A stretch of DNA of 64,000 nucleotides from Eledone cirrhosa (taxonomy: Eukaryota). This document shows positions 26,881 through 41,344 of the stretch, in pieces; within the stretch, counting starts at the first letter, position 1, and every line of letters starts with the position of its first letter. The translations under genes were made by a program, and so were the position numbers. The stretch spans positions 15,066,001-15,130,000 of the forward strand of contig OZ024742.1 of the NCBI GenBank assembly GCA_964016885.1. The letters are read 5' to 3'. The notes under the pieces are model-generated. The model was not told where the DNA came from. It searched no databases and was given only the letters and a program-made list of their open reading frames with translations.

Positions 26881-29635
26881 TGGCGAGGTGGCACCACTTA
26901 GCTCAAACTAATCATATCTAAATTACCATATATATATATATATTGGTGAGGTGGCACCACTAAGCTGAAACTAATCATATCTAAATTACCATATATATAT
27001 ATTGGTGAGGTGGCACCACTTAGTTCAAACTAATCATATCTAAATTACCATATATATATATTGGTGAGGTGGCACCACTTAGCTCAAACTAATCATATCT
27101 AAATTACCATATATATATATTGGTGAGGTGGCACCACTTAACTCAAACTAAACATATCTAAATTACTATATATATATATTGGTGAGGTGGCACCACTTAG
27201 CTCAAACTAATCATATCTAAATTACCATATATATATATTGGTGAGGTGGCACCACTTAGCTCAAACTAATCACATCTAAATTACCATATATATTGGTGAG
27301 GTGGCACCACTTAGCTCAAACTAATCATATCTAAATTACCATATATATTGGTGAGGTGGCACCACTTAGCTCAAACTAATCACATCTAAATTACCATATA
27401 TATTGGTGAGGTGGCACCACTTAGCTCAATCTCATCATATCTAAATTACCATATATATTGGTGAGGTGGCACCACTTAACTCAAACTAATCATATCTAAA
27501 TTACCATATATATATATTGGTGAGGTGGCACCACTTAGCTCAAACTAATCATATCTAAATTACCATATATATATATTGGTGAGGTGGCACCACTTAGCTC
27601 AAACTAATCATATCTAAATTACCATATATATATATTGGTGAGGTGGCACCACTTAGCTCAAACTAATCATATCTAAATTACCATATATATATATTGGTGA
27701 GGTGGCACCACTTAGCTCAAACTAATCATATCTAAATTACCATATATATTGGTGAGGTGGCACCACTTAGCTCAAACTAATCATATCTAAATTACCATAT
27801 ATATATATTGGAGAGGTGGCACCACTTAGCTCAAACTAATCACATCTAAATTACCATATATATTGGTGAGGTGGCACCACTTAGCTCAAACTAATCATAT
27901 CTAAATTACCATATATATTGGTGAGGTGGCACCACTTAGCTCAAACTAATCACATCTAAATTACCATATATATTGGTGAGGTGGCACCACTTAGCTCAAT
28001 CTCATCATATCTAAATTACCATATATATTGGTGAGGTGGCACCACTTAACTCAAACTAATCATATCTAAATTACCATATATATATATTTGTGAGGTGGCA
28101 CCACTTAGCTCAAACTAATCATATCTAAATTACCATATATATATATTGGTGAGGTGGCACCACTTAGCTCAAACTAATCATATCTAAATTACCATATATA
28201 TATATTGGTGAGGTGGCACCACTTAGCTCAAACTAATCATATCTAAATTACCATATATATATATTGTGAGGTGGCACCACTTAGCTCAAACTAATCATAT
28301 CTAAATTACCATATATATTGGTGAGGTGGCACCACTTAGCTCAAACTAATCATATCTAAATTACCATATATATTGGTGAGGTGGCACCACTTAGCTCAAA
28401 CTAATCATATCTAAATTACCATATATATATATATTGGTGAGGTGGCACCACTTAGCTCAAACTAATCATATCTAAATTACCATATATATTGGTGAGGTGG
28501 CACCACTTAGCTCAAACTAATCATATCTAAATTACCATATATATATATTGGTGAGGTGGTACCACTTAGCTCAAATTAATCACATCTAAATTACCATATA
28601 TATTGGTGAGGTGGTACCACTTAGCTCAAACTAATCACATCTAAATTACCATATATATTGGTGAGGTGGCACCACTTAACTCAAACTAATCATATCTAAA
28701 TTACCATATATATTGGTGAGGTGGCACCACTTAGCTCAAACTAATCATATCTAAATTACCATATATATATATATTGGTGAGGTAGCACCACTTAACTCAA
28801 ACTAATCATATCTAAATTACCATATATATATATTGGTGAGGTGGTACCACTTAGCTCAAACTAATCACATCTAAATTACCATATATATTGGTGAGGTGGC
28901 ACCACTTAGCTCAAACTAATCATATCTAAATTACCATATATATTGGTGAGGTGGCACTACTTAGCTCAAACTAATCACATCTAAATTACCATATATATAT
29001 ATTGGTGAGGTGGTACCACTTAGCTCAAACTAATCACATCTAAATTACCATATATATATATTGGTGAGGTGGTACCACTTAGCTCAAACTAATCATATCT
29101 AAATTACCATATATATTGGTGAGGTGGCACCACTTAGCTCAAACTAATCACATCTAAATTACCATATATATATATTGGTGAGGTGGTACCACTTAGCTCA
29201 AACTAATCATATCTAAATTACCATATATATATATTGGTGAGGTTGCACCACTTAGCTCAAACTAATCATATCTAAATTACCATATACATATATTGGTGAG
29301 GTGGCACCACTTAGCTCAAACTAATCATATCTAAATTACCATATATATTGGTGAGGTGGCACCACTTAGCTCAAACTAATCATATCTAAATTACCATATA
29401 TATTGGTGAGGTGGCACCACTTAGCTCAAACTAATCATATCTAAATTACCATATATATATATTGGTGAGGTGGCACCACTAAGCTGAAACTAATCATATC
29501 TAAATTACCATATATATATATTGGTGAGGTGGCACCACTTAGCTCAAACTAATCATATCTAAATTACCATATATATATATTGGTGAGGTGGCACCACTTA
29601 GCTCAAACTAATCATATCTAAATTACCATATATAT

Positions 29636-29701
29636 GGCCATCCAAACCCATGCAAGCGTGGAACACGGACGTCAAACGATGATGATGATGATGATGATGA
29701 T
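29636..29701 (+). mobile_element. Retroposon-like tail fragment, (GAT)8
   Basis: Same 42-bp unique part, followed by (GAT)8. Confidence 0.7.
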
Positions 29702-32700
29702 TGGTGAGGTGGCACCACTTAGCTCAAACTAATCATATCTAAATTACCATATATATATATATATTGGTGAGGTGGCACCACTAAGCTGAAACTAATCATA
29801 TCTAAATTACCATATATATATATTGGTGAGGTGGCACCACTTAGTTCAAACTAATCATATCTAAATTACCATATATATATATTGGTGAGGTGGCACCACT
29901 TAGCTCAAACTAATCATATCTAAATTACCATATATATATATTGGTGAGGTGGCACCACTTAACTCAAACTAAACATATCTAAATTACTATATATATATAT
30001 TGGTGAGGTGGCACCACTTAGCTCAAACTAACCACATCTAAATTACCATATATATTGGTGAGGTGGCACCACTTAGCTCAATCTCATCATATCTAAATTA
30101 CCATATATATTGGTGAGGTGGCACCACTTAACTCAAACTAATCATATCTAAATTACCATATATATATATTGGTGAGGTGGCACCACTTAGCTCAAACTAA
30201 TCATATCTAAATTACCATATATATATATTGGTGAGGTGGCACCACTTAGCTCAAACTAATCATATCTAAATTACCATATATATATATTGGTGAGGTGGCA
30301 CCACTTAGCTCAAACTAATCATATCTAAATTACCATATATATTGGTGAGGTGGCACCACTTAGCTCAAACTAATCATATCTAAATTACCATATATATTGG
30401 TGAGGTGGCACCACTTAGCTGAAACTAATCATATCTAAATTACCATATATATATATTGGTGAGGTGGCACCACTTAGCTCAAACTAATCATATCTAAATT
30501 ACCATATATATTGGTGATGTGGTACCACTTAGCTCAAACTAATCATATCTAAATTACCATATATATATATATTGGTGAGGTGGCACCACTTAGCTCAAAC
30601 TAATCATATCTAAATTACCATATATATATATATATATTGGTGAGGTGGCACCACTAAGCTGAAACTAATCATATCTAAATTACCATATATATATATTGGT
30701 GAGGTGGCACCACTTAGCTCAAACTAATCACATCTAAATTACCATATATATATATTGGTGAGGTGGTACCACTTAGCTCAAACTAATCACATCTAAATTA
30801 CCATATATATATATTGGTGAGGTGGCACCACTTAGCTCAATCTCATCATATCTAAATTACCATATACATATATTGGTGAGGTGGCACCACTTAGCTCAAA
30901 CTAATCATATCTAAATTACCATATATATTGGTTAGGTGGCACCACTTAGCTCAAACTAATCATATCTAAATTACCATATATATATATTGGTGAGGTGGCA
31001 CCACTTAGCTCAAACTAATCATATCTAAATTACCATATATATTGGTGATGTGGTACCACTTAGCTCAAACTAATCATATCTAAATTACCATATATATATA
31101 TATTGGTGAGGTGGCACCACTTAGCTCAAACTAATCATATCTAAATTACCATATATATTGGTGAGGTGGCACCACTTAGCTCAAACTAATCATATCTAAA
31201 TTACCATATATATATATATATTGGTGAGGTGGCACCACTAAGCTGAAACTAATCATATCTAAATTACCATATATATATATTGGTGAGGTGGCACCACTTA
31301 GTTCAAACTAATCATATCTAAATTACCATATATATATATTGGTGAGGTGGCACCACTTAGCTCAAACTAATCATATCTAAATTACCATATATATATATTG
31401 GTGAGGTGGCACCACTTAACTCAAACTAAACATATCTAAATTACTATATATATATATTGGTGAGGTGGCACCACTTAGCTCAAACTAATCATATCTAAAT
31501 TACCATATATATATATTGGTGAGGTGGCACCACTTAGCTCAAACTAATCACATCTAAATTACCATATATATTGGTGAGGTGGCACCACTTAGCTCAAACT
31601 AATCATATCTAAATTACCATATATATTGGTGAGGTGGCACCACTTAGCTCAAACTAATCACATCTAAATTACCATATATATTGGTGAGGTGGCACCACTT
31701 AGCTCAATCTCATCATATCTAAATTACCATATATATTGGTGAGGTGGCACCACTTAACTCAAACTAATCATATCTAAATTACCATATATATATATTGGTG
31801 AGGTGGCACCACTTAGCTCAAACTAATCATATCTAAATTACCATATATATATATTGGTGAGGTGGCACCACTTAGCTCAAACTAATCATATCTAAATTAC
31901 CATATATATATATTGGTGAGGTGGCACCACTTAGCTCAAACTAATCATATCTAAATTACCATATATATATATTGGTGAGGTGGCACCACTTAGCTCAAAC
32001 TAATCATATCTAAATTACCATATATATTGGTGAGGTGGCACCACTTAGCTCAAACTAATCATATCTAAATTACCATATATATATATTGGTGAGGTGGCAC
32101 CACTTAGCTCAAACTAATCACATCTAAATTACCATATATATTGGTGAGGTGGCACCACTTAGCTCAAACTAATCATATCTAAATTACCATATATATTGGT
32201 GAGGTGGCACCACTTAGCTCAAACTAATCACATCTAAATTACCATATATATTGGTGAGGTGGCACCACTTAGCTCAATCTCATCATATCTAAATTACCAT
32301 ATATATTGGTGAGGTGGCACCACTTAACTCAAACTAATCATATCTAAATTACCATATATATATATTTGTGAGGTGGCACCACTTAGCTCAAACTAATCAT
32401 ATCTAAATTACCATATATATATATTGGTGAGGTGGCACCACTTAGCTCAAACTAATCATATCTAAATTACCATATATATATTGGTGAGGTGGCACCACTT
32501 AGCTCAAACTAATCATATCTAAATTACCATATATATATATTGTGAGGTGGCACCACTTAGCTCAAACTAATCATATCTAAATTACCATATATATTGGTGA
32601 GGTGGCACCACTTAGCTCAAACTAATCATATCTAAATTACCATATATATTGGTGAGGTGGCACCACTTAGCTCAAACTAATCATATCTAAATTACCATAT

Positions 32701-33911
32701 ATATATATATTGGTGAGGTGGCACCACTTAGCTCAAACTAATCATATCTAAATTACCATATATATTGGTGAGGTGGCACCACTTAGCTCAAACTAATCAT
32801 ATCTAAATTACCATATATATATATTGGTGAGGTGGTACCACTTAGCTCAAATTAATCACATCTAAATTACCATATATATTGGTGAGGTGGTACCACTTAG
32901 CTCAAACTAATCACATCTAAATTACCATATATATTGGTGAGGTGGCACCACTTAACTCAAACTAATCATATCTAAATTACCATATATATTGGTGAGGTGG
33001 CACCACTTAGCTCAAACTAATCATATCTAAATTACCATATATATATATATTGGTGAGGTAGCACCACTTAACTCAAACTAATCATATCTAAATTACCATA
33101 TATATATATTGGTGAGGTGGTACCACTTAGCTCAAACTAATCACATCTAAATTACCATATATATTGGTGAGGTGGCACCACTTAGCTCAAACTAATCATA
33201 TCTAAATTACCATATATATTGGTGAGGTGGCACTACTTAGCTCAAACTAATCACATCTAAATTACCATATATATATATTGGTGAGGTGGTACCACTTAGC
33301 TCAAACTAATCACATCTAAATTACCATATATATATATTGGTGAGGTGGTACCACTTAGCTCAAACTAATCATATCTAAATTACCATATATATTGGTGAGG
33401 TGGCACCACTTAGCTCAAACTAATCACATCTAAATTACCATATATATATATTGGTGAGGTGGTACCACTTAGCTCAAACTAATCATATCTAAATTACCAT
33501 ATATATATATTGGTGAGGTTGCACCACTTAGCTCAAACTAATCATATCTAAATTACCATATACATATATTGGTGAGGTGGCACCACTTAGCTCAAACTAA
33601 TCATATCTAAATTACCATATATATTGGTGAGGTGGCACCACTTAGCTCAAACTAATCATATCTAAATTACCATATATATTGGTGAGGTGGCACCACTTAG
33701 CTCAAACTAATCATATCTAAATTACCATATATATATATTGGTGAGGTGGCACCACTAAGCTGAAACTAATCATATCTAAATTACCATATATATATATTGG
33801 TGAGGTGGCACCACTTAGCTCAAACTAATCATATCTAAATTACCATATATATATATTGGTGAGGTGGCACCACTTAGCTCAAACTAATCATATCTAAATT
33901 ACCATATATAT

Positions 33912-33977
33912 GGCCATCCAAACCCATGCAAGCGTGGAACACGGACGTCAAACGATGATGATGATGATGATGATGAT
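33912..33977 (+). mobile_element. Retroposon-like tail fragment, (GAT)8
   Basis: Same 42-bp unique part, followed by (GAT)8. Confidence 0.7.
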
Positions 33978-36900
33978 TGGTGAGGTGGCACCACTTAGCT
34001 CAAACTAATCATATCTAAATTACCATATATATATATATATTGGTGAGGTGGCACCACTAAGCTGAAACTAATCATATCTAAATTACCATATATATATATT
34101 GGTGAGGTGGCACCACTTAGTTCAAACTAATCATATCTAAATTACCATATATATATATTGGTGAGGTGGCACCACTTAGCTCAAACTAATCATATCTAAA
34201 TTACCATATATATATATTGGTGAGGTGGCACCACTTAACTCAAACTAAACATATCTAAATTACTATATATATATATTGGTGAGGTGGCACCACTTAGCTC
34301 AAACTAACCACATCTAAATTACCATATATATTGGTGAGGTGGCACCACTTAGCTCAATCTCATCATATCTAAATTACCATATATATTGGTGAGGTGGCAC
34401 CACTTAACTCAAACTAATCATATCTAAATTACCATATATATATATTGGTGAGGTGGCACCACTTAGCTCAAACTAATCATATCTAAATTACCATATATAT
34501 ATATTGGTGAGGTGGCACCACTTAGCTCAAACTAATCATATCTAAATTACCATATATATATATTGGTGAGGTGGCACCACTTAGCTCAAACTAATCATAT
34601 CTAAATTACCATATATATTGGTGAGGTGGCACCACTTAGCTCAAACTAATCATATCTAAATTACCATATATATTGGTGAGGTGGCACCACTTAGCTCAAA
34701 CTAATCATATCTAAATTACCATATATATATATTGGTGAGGTGGCACCACTTAGCTCAAACTAATCACATCTAAATTACCATATATATATATTGGTGAGGT
34801 GGCACCACTTAGCTCAAACTAATCATATCTAAATTACCATATATATTGGTGATGTGGTACCACTTAGCTCAAACTAATCATATCTAAATTACCATATATA
34901 TATATATTGGTGAGGTGGCACCACTTAGCTCAAACTAATCATATCTAAATTACCATATATATATATATATATTGGTGAGGTGGCACCACTAAGCTGAAAC
35001 TAATCATATCTAAATTACCATATATATATATTGGTGAGGTGGCACCACTTAGCTCAAACTAATCACATCTAAATTACCATATATATATATTGGTGAGGTG
35101 GTACCACTTAGCTCAAACTAATCACATCTAAATTACCATATATATATATATTGGTGAGGTGGCACCACTTAGCTCAATCTCATCATATCTAAATTACCAT
35201 ATACATATATTGGTGAGGTGGCACCACTTAGCTCAAACTAATCATATCTAAATTACCATATATATTGGTTAGGTGGCACCACTTAGCTCAAACTAATCAT
35301 ATCTAAATTACCATATATATATATTGGTGAGGTGGCACCACTTAGCTCAAACTAATCATATCTAAATTACCATATATATTGGTGATGTGGTACCACTTAG
35401 CTCAAACTAATCATATCTAAATTACCATATATATATATATTGGTGAGGTGGCACCACTTAGCTCAAACTAATCATATCTAAATTACCATATATATTGGTG
35501 AGGTGGCACCACTTAGCTCAAACTAATCATATCTAAATTACCATATATATATATATTGGTGAGGTGGCACTACTTAGCTCAAACTAATCATATCTAAATT
35601 ACCATATATATTGGTGAGGTGGCACCACTTAGCTCAAACTAATCATATCTAAATTACCATATATATATATTGGTGAGGTGGTACCACTTAGCTCAAACTA
35701 ATCATATCTAAATTACCATATATATATATTGGTGAGGTGGCACCACTTAGCTCAAACTAATCATATCTAAATTACCATATATATATATTGGTGAGGTGGC
35801 ACCACTTAGCTCAAACTAATCATATCTAAATTACCATATATATATATTGGTGAGGTGGCACCACTTAGCTCAAACTAATCATATCTAAATTACCATATAT
35901 ATATATTGGTGAGGTGGCACCACTTAGCTCAAACTAATCATATCTAAATTACCATATATATATATTGGTGAGGTGGCACCACTTAGCTCAAACTAATCAT
36001 ATCTAAATTACCATATATATATATTGGTGAGGTGGCACCACTTAGCTCAAACTAATCATATCTAAATTACCATATATATTGGTGAGGTGGCACCACTTAG
36101 CTCAAACTAATCATATCTAAATTACCATATATATATATTGGTGAGGTGGCACCACTTAGCTCAAACTAATCACATCTAAATTACCATATATATTGGTGAG
36201 GTGGCACCACTTAGCTCAAACTAATCATATCTAAATTACCATATATATTGGTGAGGTGGCACCACTTAGCTCAAACTAATCACATCTAAATTACCATATA
36301 TATTGGTGAGGTGGCACCACTTAGCTCAATCTCATCATATCTAAATTACCATATATATTGGTGAGGTGGCACCACTTAACTCAAACTAATCATATCTAAA
36401 TTACCATATATATATATTTGTGAGGTGGCACCACTTAGCTCAAACTAATCATATCTAAATTACCATATATATATATTGGTGAGGTGGCACCACTTAGCTC
36501 AAACTAATCATATCTAAATTACCATATATATATTGGTGAGGTGGCACCACTTAGCTCAAACTAATCATATCTAAATTACCATATATATATATTGTGAGGT
36601 GGCACCACTTAGCTCAAACTAATCATATCTAAATTACCATATATATTGGTGAGGTGGCACCACTTAGCTCAAACTAATCATATCTAAATTACCATATATA
36701 TTGGTGAGGTGGCACCACTTAGCTCAAACTAATCATATCTAAATTACCATATATATATATATTGGTGAGGTGGCACCACTTAGCTCAAACTAATCATATC
36801 TAAATTACCATATATATTGGTGAGGTGGCACCACTTAGCTCAAACTAATCATATCTAAATTACCATATATATATATTGGTGAGGTGGTACCACTTAGCTC

Positions 36901-37963
36901 AAATTAATCACATCTAAATTACCATATATATTGGTGAGGTGGTACCACTTAGCTCAAACTAATCACATCTAAATTACCATATATATTGGTGAGGTGGCAC
37001 CACTTAACTCAAACTAATCATATCTAAATTACCATATATATTGGTGAGGTGGCACCACTTAGCTCAAACTAATCATATCTAAATTACCATATATATATAT
37101 ATTGGTGAGGTAGCACCACTTAACTCAAACTAATCATATCTAAATTACCATATATATATATTGGTGAGGTGGTACCACTTAGCTCAAACTAATCACATCT
37201 AAATTACCATATATATTGGTGAGGTGGCACCACTTAGCTCAAACTAATCATATCTAAATTACCATATATATTGGTGAGGTGGCACTACTTAGCTCAAACT
37301 AATCACATCTAAATTACCATATATATATATTGGTGAGGTGGTACCACTTAGCTCAAACTAATCACATCTAAATTACCATATATATATATTGGTGAGGTGG
37401 TACCACTTAGCTCAAACTAATCATATCTAAATTACCATATATATTGGTGAGGTGGCACCACTTAGCTCAAACTAATCACATCTAAATTACCATATATATA
37501 TATTGGTGAGGTGGTACCACTTAGCTCAAACTAATCATATCTAAATTACCATATATATATATTGGTGAGGTTGCACCACTTAGCTCAAACTAATCATATC
37601 TAAATTACCATATACATATATTGGTGAGGTGGCACCACTTAGCTCAAACTAATCATATCTAAATTACCATATATATTGGTGAGGTGGCACCACTTAGCTC
37701 AAACTAATCATATCTAAATTACCATATATATTGGTGAGGTGGCACCACTTAGCTCAAACTAATCATATCTAAATTACCATATATATATATTGGTGAGGTG
37801 GCACCACTAAGCTGAAACTAATCATATCTAAATTACCATATATATATATTGGTGAGGTGGCACCACTTAGCTCAAACTAATCATATCTAAATTACCATAT
37901 ATATATATTGGTGAGGTGGCACCACTTAGCTCAAACTAATCATATCTAAATTACCATATATAT

Positions 37964-38029
37964 GGCCATCCAAACCCATGCAAGCGTGGAACACGGACGT
38001 CAAACGATGATGATGATGATGATGATGAT
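37964..38029 (+). mobile_element. Retroposon-like tail fragment, (GAT)8 (last of this type in the window)
   Basis: Same 42-bp unique part, followed by (GAT)8. Confidence 0.7.
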
Positions 38030-41000
38030 TGGTGAGGTGGCACCACTTAGCTCAAACTAATCATATCTAAATTACCATATATATATATATATTGGTGAGG
38101 TGGCACCACTAAGCTGAAACTAATCATATCTAAATTACCATATATATATATTGGTGAGGTGGCACCACTTAGTTCAAACTAATCATATCTAAATTACCAT
38201 ATATATATATTGGTGAGGTGGCACCACTTAGCTCAAACTAATCATATCTAAATTACCATATATATATATTGGTGAGGTGGCACCACTTAACTCAAACTAA
38301 ACATATCTAAATTACTATATATATATATTGGTGAGGTGGCACCACTTAGCTCAAACTAACCACATCTAAATTACCATATATATTGGTGAGGTGGCACCAC
38401 TTAGCTCAATCTCATCATATCTAAATTACCATATATATTGGTGAGGTGGCACCACTTAACTCAAACTAATCATATCTAAATTACCATATATATATATTGG
38501 TGAGGTGGCACCACTTAGCTCAAACTAATCATATCTAAATTACCATATATATATATTGGTGAGGTGGCACCACTTAGCTCAAACTAATCATATCTAAATT
38601 ACCATATATATATATTGGTGAGGTGGCACCACTTAGCTCAAACTAATCATATCTAAATTACCATATATATTGGTGAGGTGGCACCACTTAGCTCAAACTA
38701 ATCATATCTAAATTACCATATATATTGGTGAGGTGGCACCACTTAGCTCAAACTAATCATATCTAAATTACCATATATATATATTGGTGAGGTGGCACCA
38801 CTTAGCTCAAACTAATCACATCTAAATTACCATATATATATATTGGTGAGGTGGCACCACTTAGCTCAAACTAATCATATCTAAATTACCATATATATTG
38901 GTGATGTGGTACCACTTAGCTCAAACTAATCATATCTAAATTACCATATATATATATATTGGTGAGGTGGCACCACTTAGCTCAAACTAATCATATCTAA
39001 ATTACCATATATATATATATATATTGGTGAGGTGGCACCACTAAGCTGAAACTAATCATATCTAAATTACCATATATATATATTGGTGAGGTGGCACCAC
39101 TTAGCTCAAACTAATCACATCTAAATTACCATATATATATATTGGTGAGGTGGTACCACTTAGCTCAAACTAATCACATCTAAATTACCATATATATATA
39201 TTGGTGAGGTGGCACCACTTAGCTCAATCTCATCATATCTAAATTACCATATACATATATTGGTGAGGTGGCACCACTTAGCTCAAACTAATCATATCTA
39301 AATTACCATATATATTGGTTAGGTGGCACCACTTAGCTCAAACTAATCATATCTAAATTACCATATATATATATTGGTGAGGTGGCACCACTTAGCTCAA
39401 ACTAATCATATCTAAATTACCATATATATTGGTGATGTGGTACCACTTAGCTCAAACTAATCATATCTAAATTACCATATATATATATATTGGTGAGGTG
39501 GCACCACTTAGCTCAAACTAATCATATCTAAATTACCATATATATTGGTGAGGTGGCACCACTTAGCTCAAACTAATCATATCTAAATTACCATATATAT
39601 ATATATTGGTGAGGTGGCACTACTTAGCTCAAACTAATCATATCTAAATTACCATATATATTGGTGAGGTGGCACCACTTAGCTCAAACTAATCATATCT
39701 AAATTACCATATATATATATTGGTGAGGTGGTACCACTTAGCTCAAACTAATCACATCTAAATTACCATATATATTGGTGAGGTGGCACCACTTAGCTCA
39801 AACTAATCATATCTAAATTACCATATATATTGGTGATGTGGTACCACTTAGCTCAAACTAATCATATCTAAATTACCATATATATATATATTGGTGAGGT
39901 GGCACCACTTAGCTCAAACTAATCATATCTAAATTACCATATATATTGGTGAGGTGGCACCACTTAGCTCAAACTAATCATATCTAAATTACCATATATA
40001 TATATATTGGTGAGGTGGCACCACTTAGCTCAAACTAATCATATCTAAATTACCATATATATTGGTGAGGTGGCACCACTTAGCTCAAACTAATCACATC
40101 TAAATTACCATATATATTGGTGAGGTGGCACCACTTAGCTCAAACTAATCATATCTAAATTACCATATATATATATATTGGTGAGGTGGCACCACTTAGC
40201 TCAAACTAATCATATCTAAATTAACATATATACATATATTGGTGAGGTGGTACCACTTAGCTCAAACTAATCATATCTAAATTACCATATATATATATTG
40301 GTGAGGTGGTACCACTTAGCTCAAACTAATCACATCTAAATTACCATATATATTGGTGAGGTGGCACCACTTAGCTCAAACTAATCATATCTAAATTACC
40401 ATATATATATATTGGTGAGGTGGTACCACTTAGCTCAAACTAATCACATCTAAATTACCATATATATTGGTGAGGTGGCACCACTTAGCTCAAACTAATC
40501 ATATCTAAATTACCATATATATATATATTGGTGAGGTGGCACCACTTAGCTCAAACTAATCATATCTAAATTAACATATATACATATATTGGTGAGGTGG
40601 CACCACTTAGCTCAAACTAATCATATCTAAATTACCATATATATATATTGGTGAGGTGGTACCACTTAGCTCAAACTAATCACATCTAAATTACCATATA
40701 TATATATTGGTGAGGTGGTACCACTTAGCTCAAACTAATCATATCTAAATTACCATATATATTGGTGAGGTGGCACCACTTAGCTCAAACTAATCACATC
40801 TAAATTACCATATATATATATTGGTGAGGTGGTACCACTTAGCTCAAACTAATCATATCTAAATTACCATATATATATATTGGTGAGGTGGCACCACTTA
40901 GCTCAAACTAATCATATCTAAATTACCATATACATATATTGGTGAGGTGGCACCACTTAGCTCAAACTAATCATATCTAAATTACCATATATATTGGTGA

Positions 41001-41281
41001 GGTGGCACCACTTAGCTCAAACTAATCATATCTAAATTACCATATATATTGGTGAGGTGGCACCACTTAGCTCAAACTAATCATATCTAAATTACCATAT
41101 ATATATATTGGTGAGGTGGCACCACTAAGCTGAAACTAATCATATCTAAATTACCATATATATATATTGGTGAGGTGGCACCACTTAGCTCAAACTAATC
41201 ATATCTAAATTACCATATATATATATTGGTGAGGTGGCACCACTTAGCTCAAACTAATCATATCTAAATTACCATATATAT

Positions 41282-41344
41282 GGCCATCCAAACCCATGCA
41301 AGCGTGGAACACGGACGTCAAACGATGATGATGATGATGATGAT
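41282..41344 (+). mobile_element. Retroposon-like tail fragment, (GAT)7 followed by TGGTG
   Basis: Same 42-bp unique part, followed by (GAT)7. Confidence 0.7.

Larger units (their letters stand above)
31900..39740. repeat. Tandem block duplication, period about 4052 bp (boundaries approximate)
   Basis: Rare (AT)5 tracts at 32472 and 36524 and inserts at 33912 and 37964 are both 4052 bp apart. Confidence 0.75.

Noticed and set aside
27812-27812. Isolated singleton substitutions (GGAGAGG at 27812; also ACCACATAT at 47652 and GCT in the tail at 57549)
   Set aside because: Single occurrences cannot be told apart from base-calling errors or trivial recent mutations.
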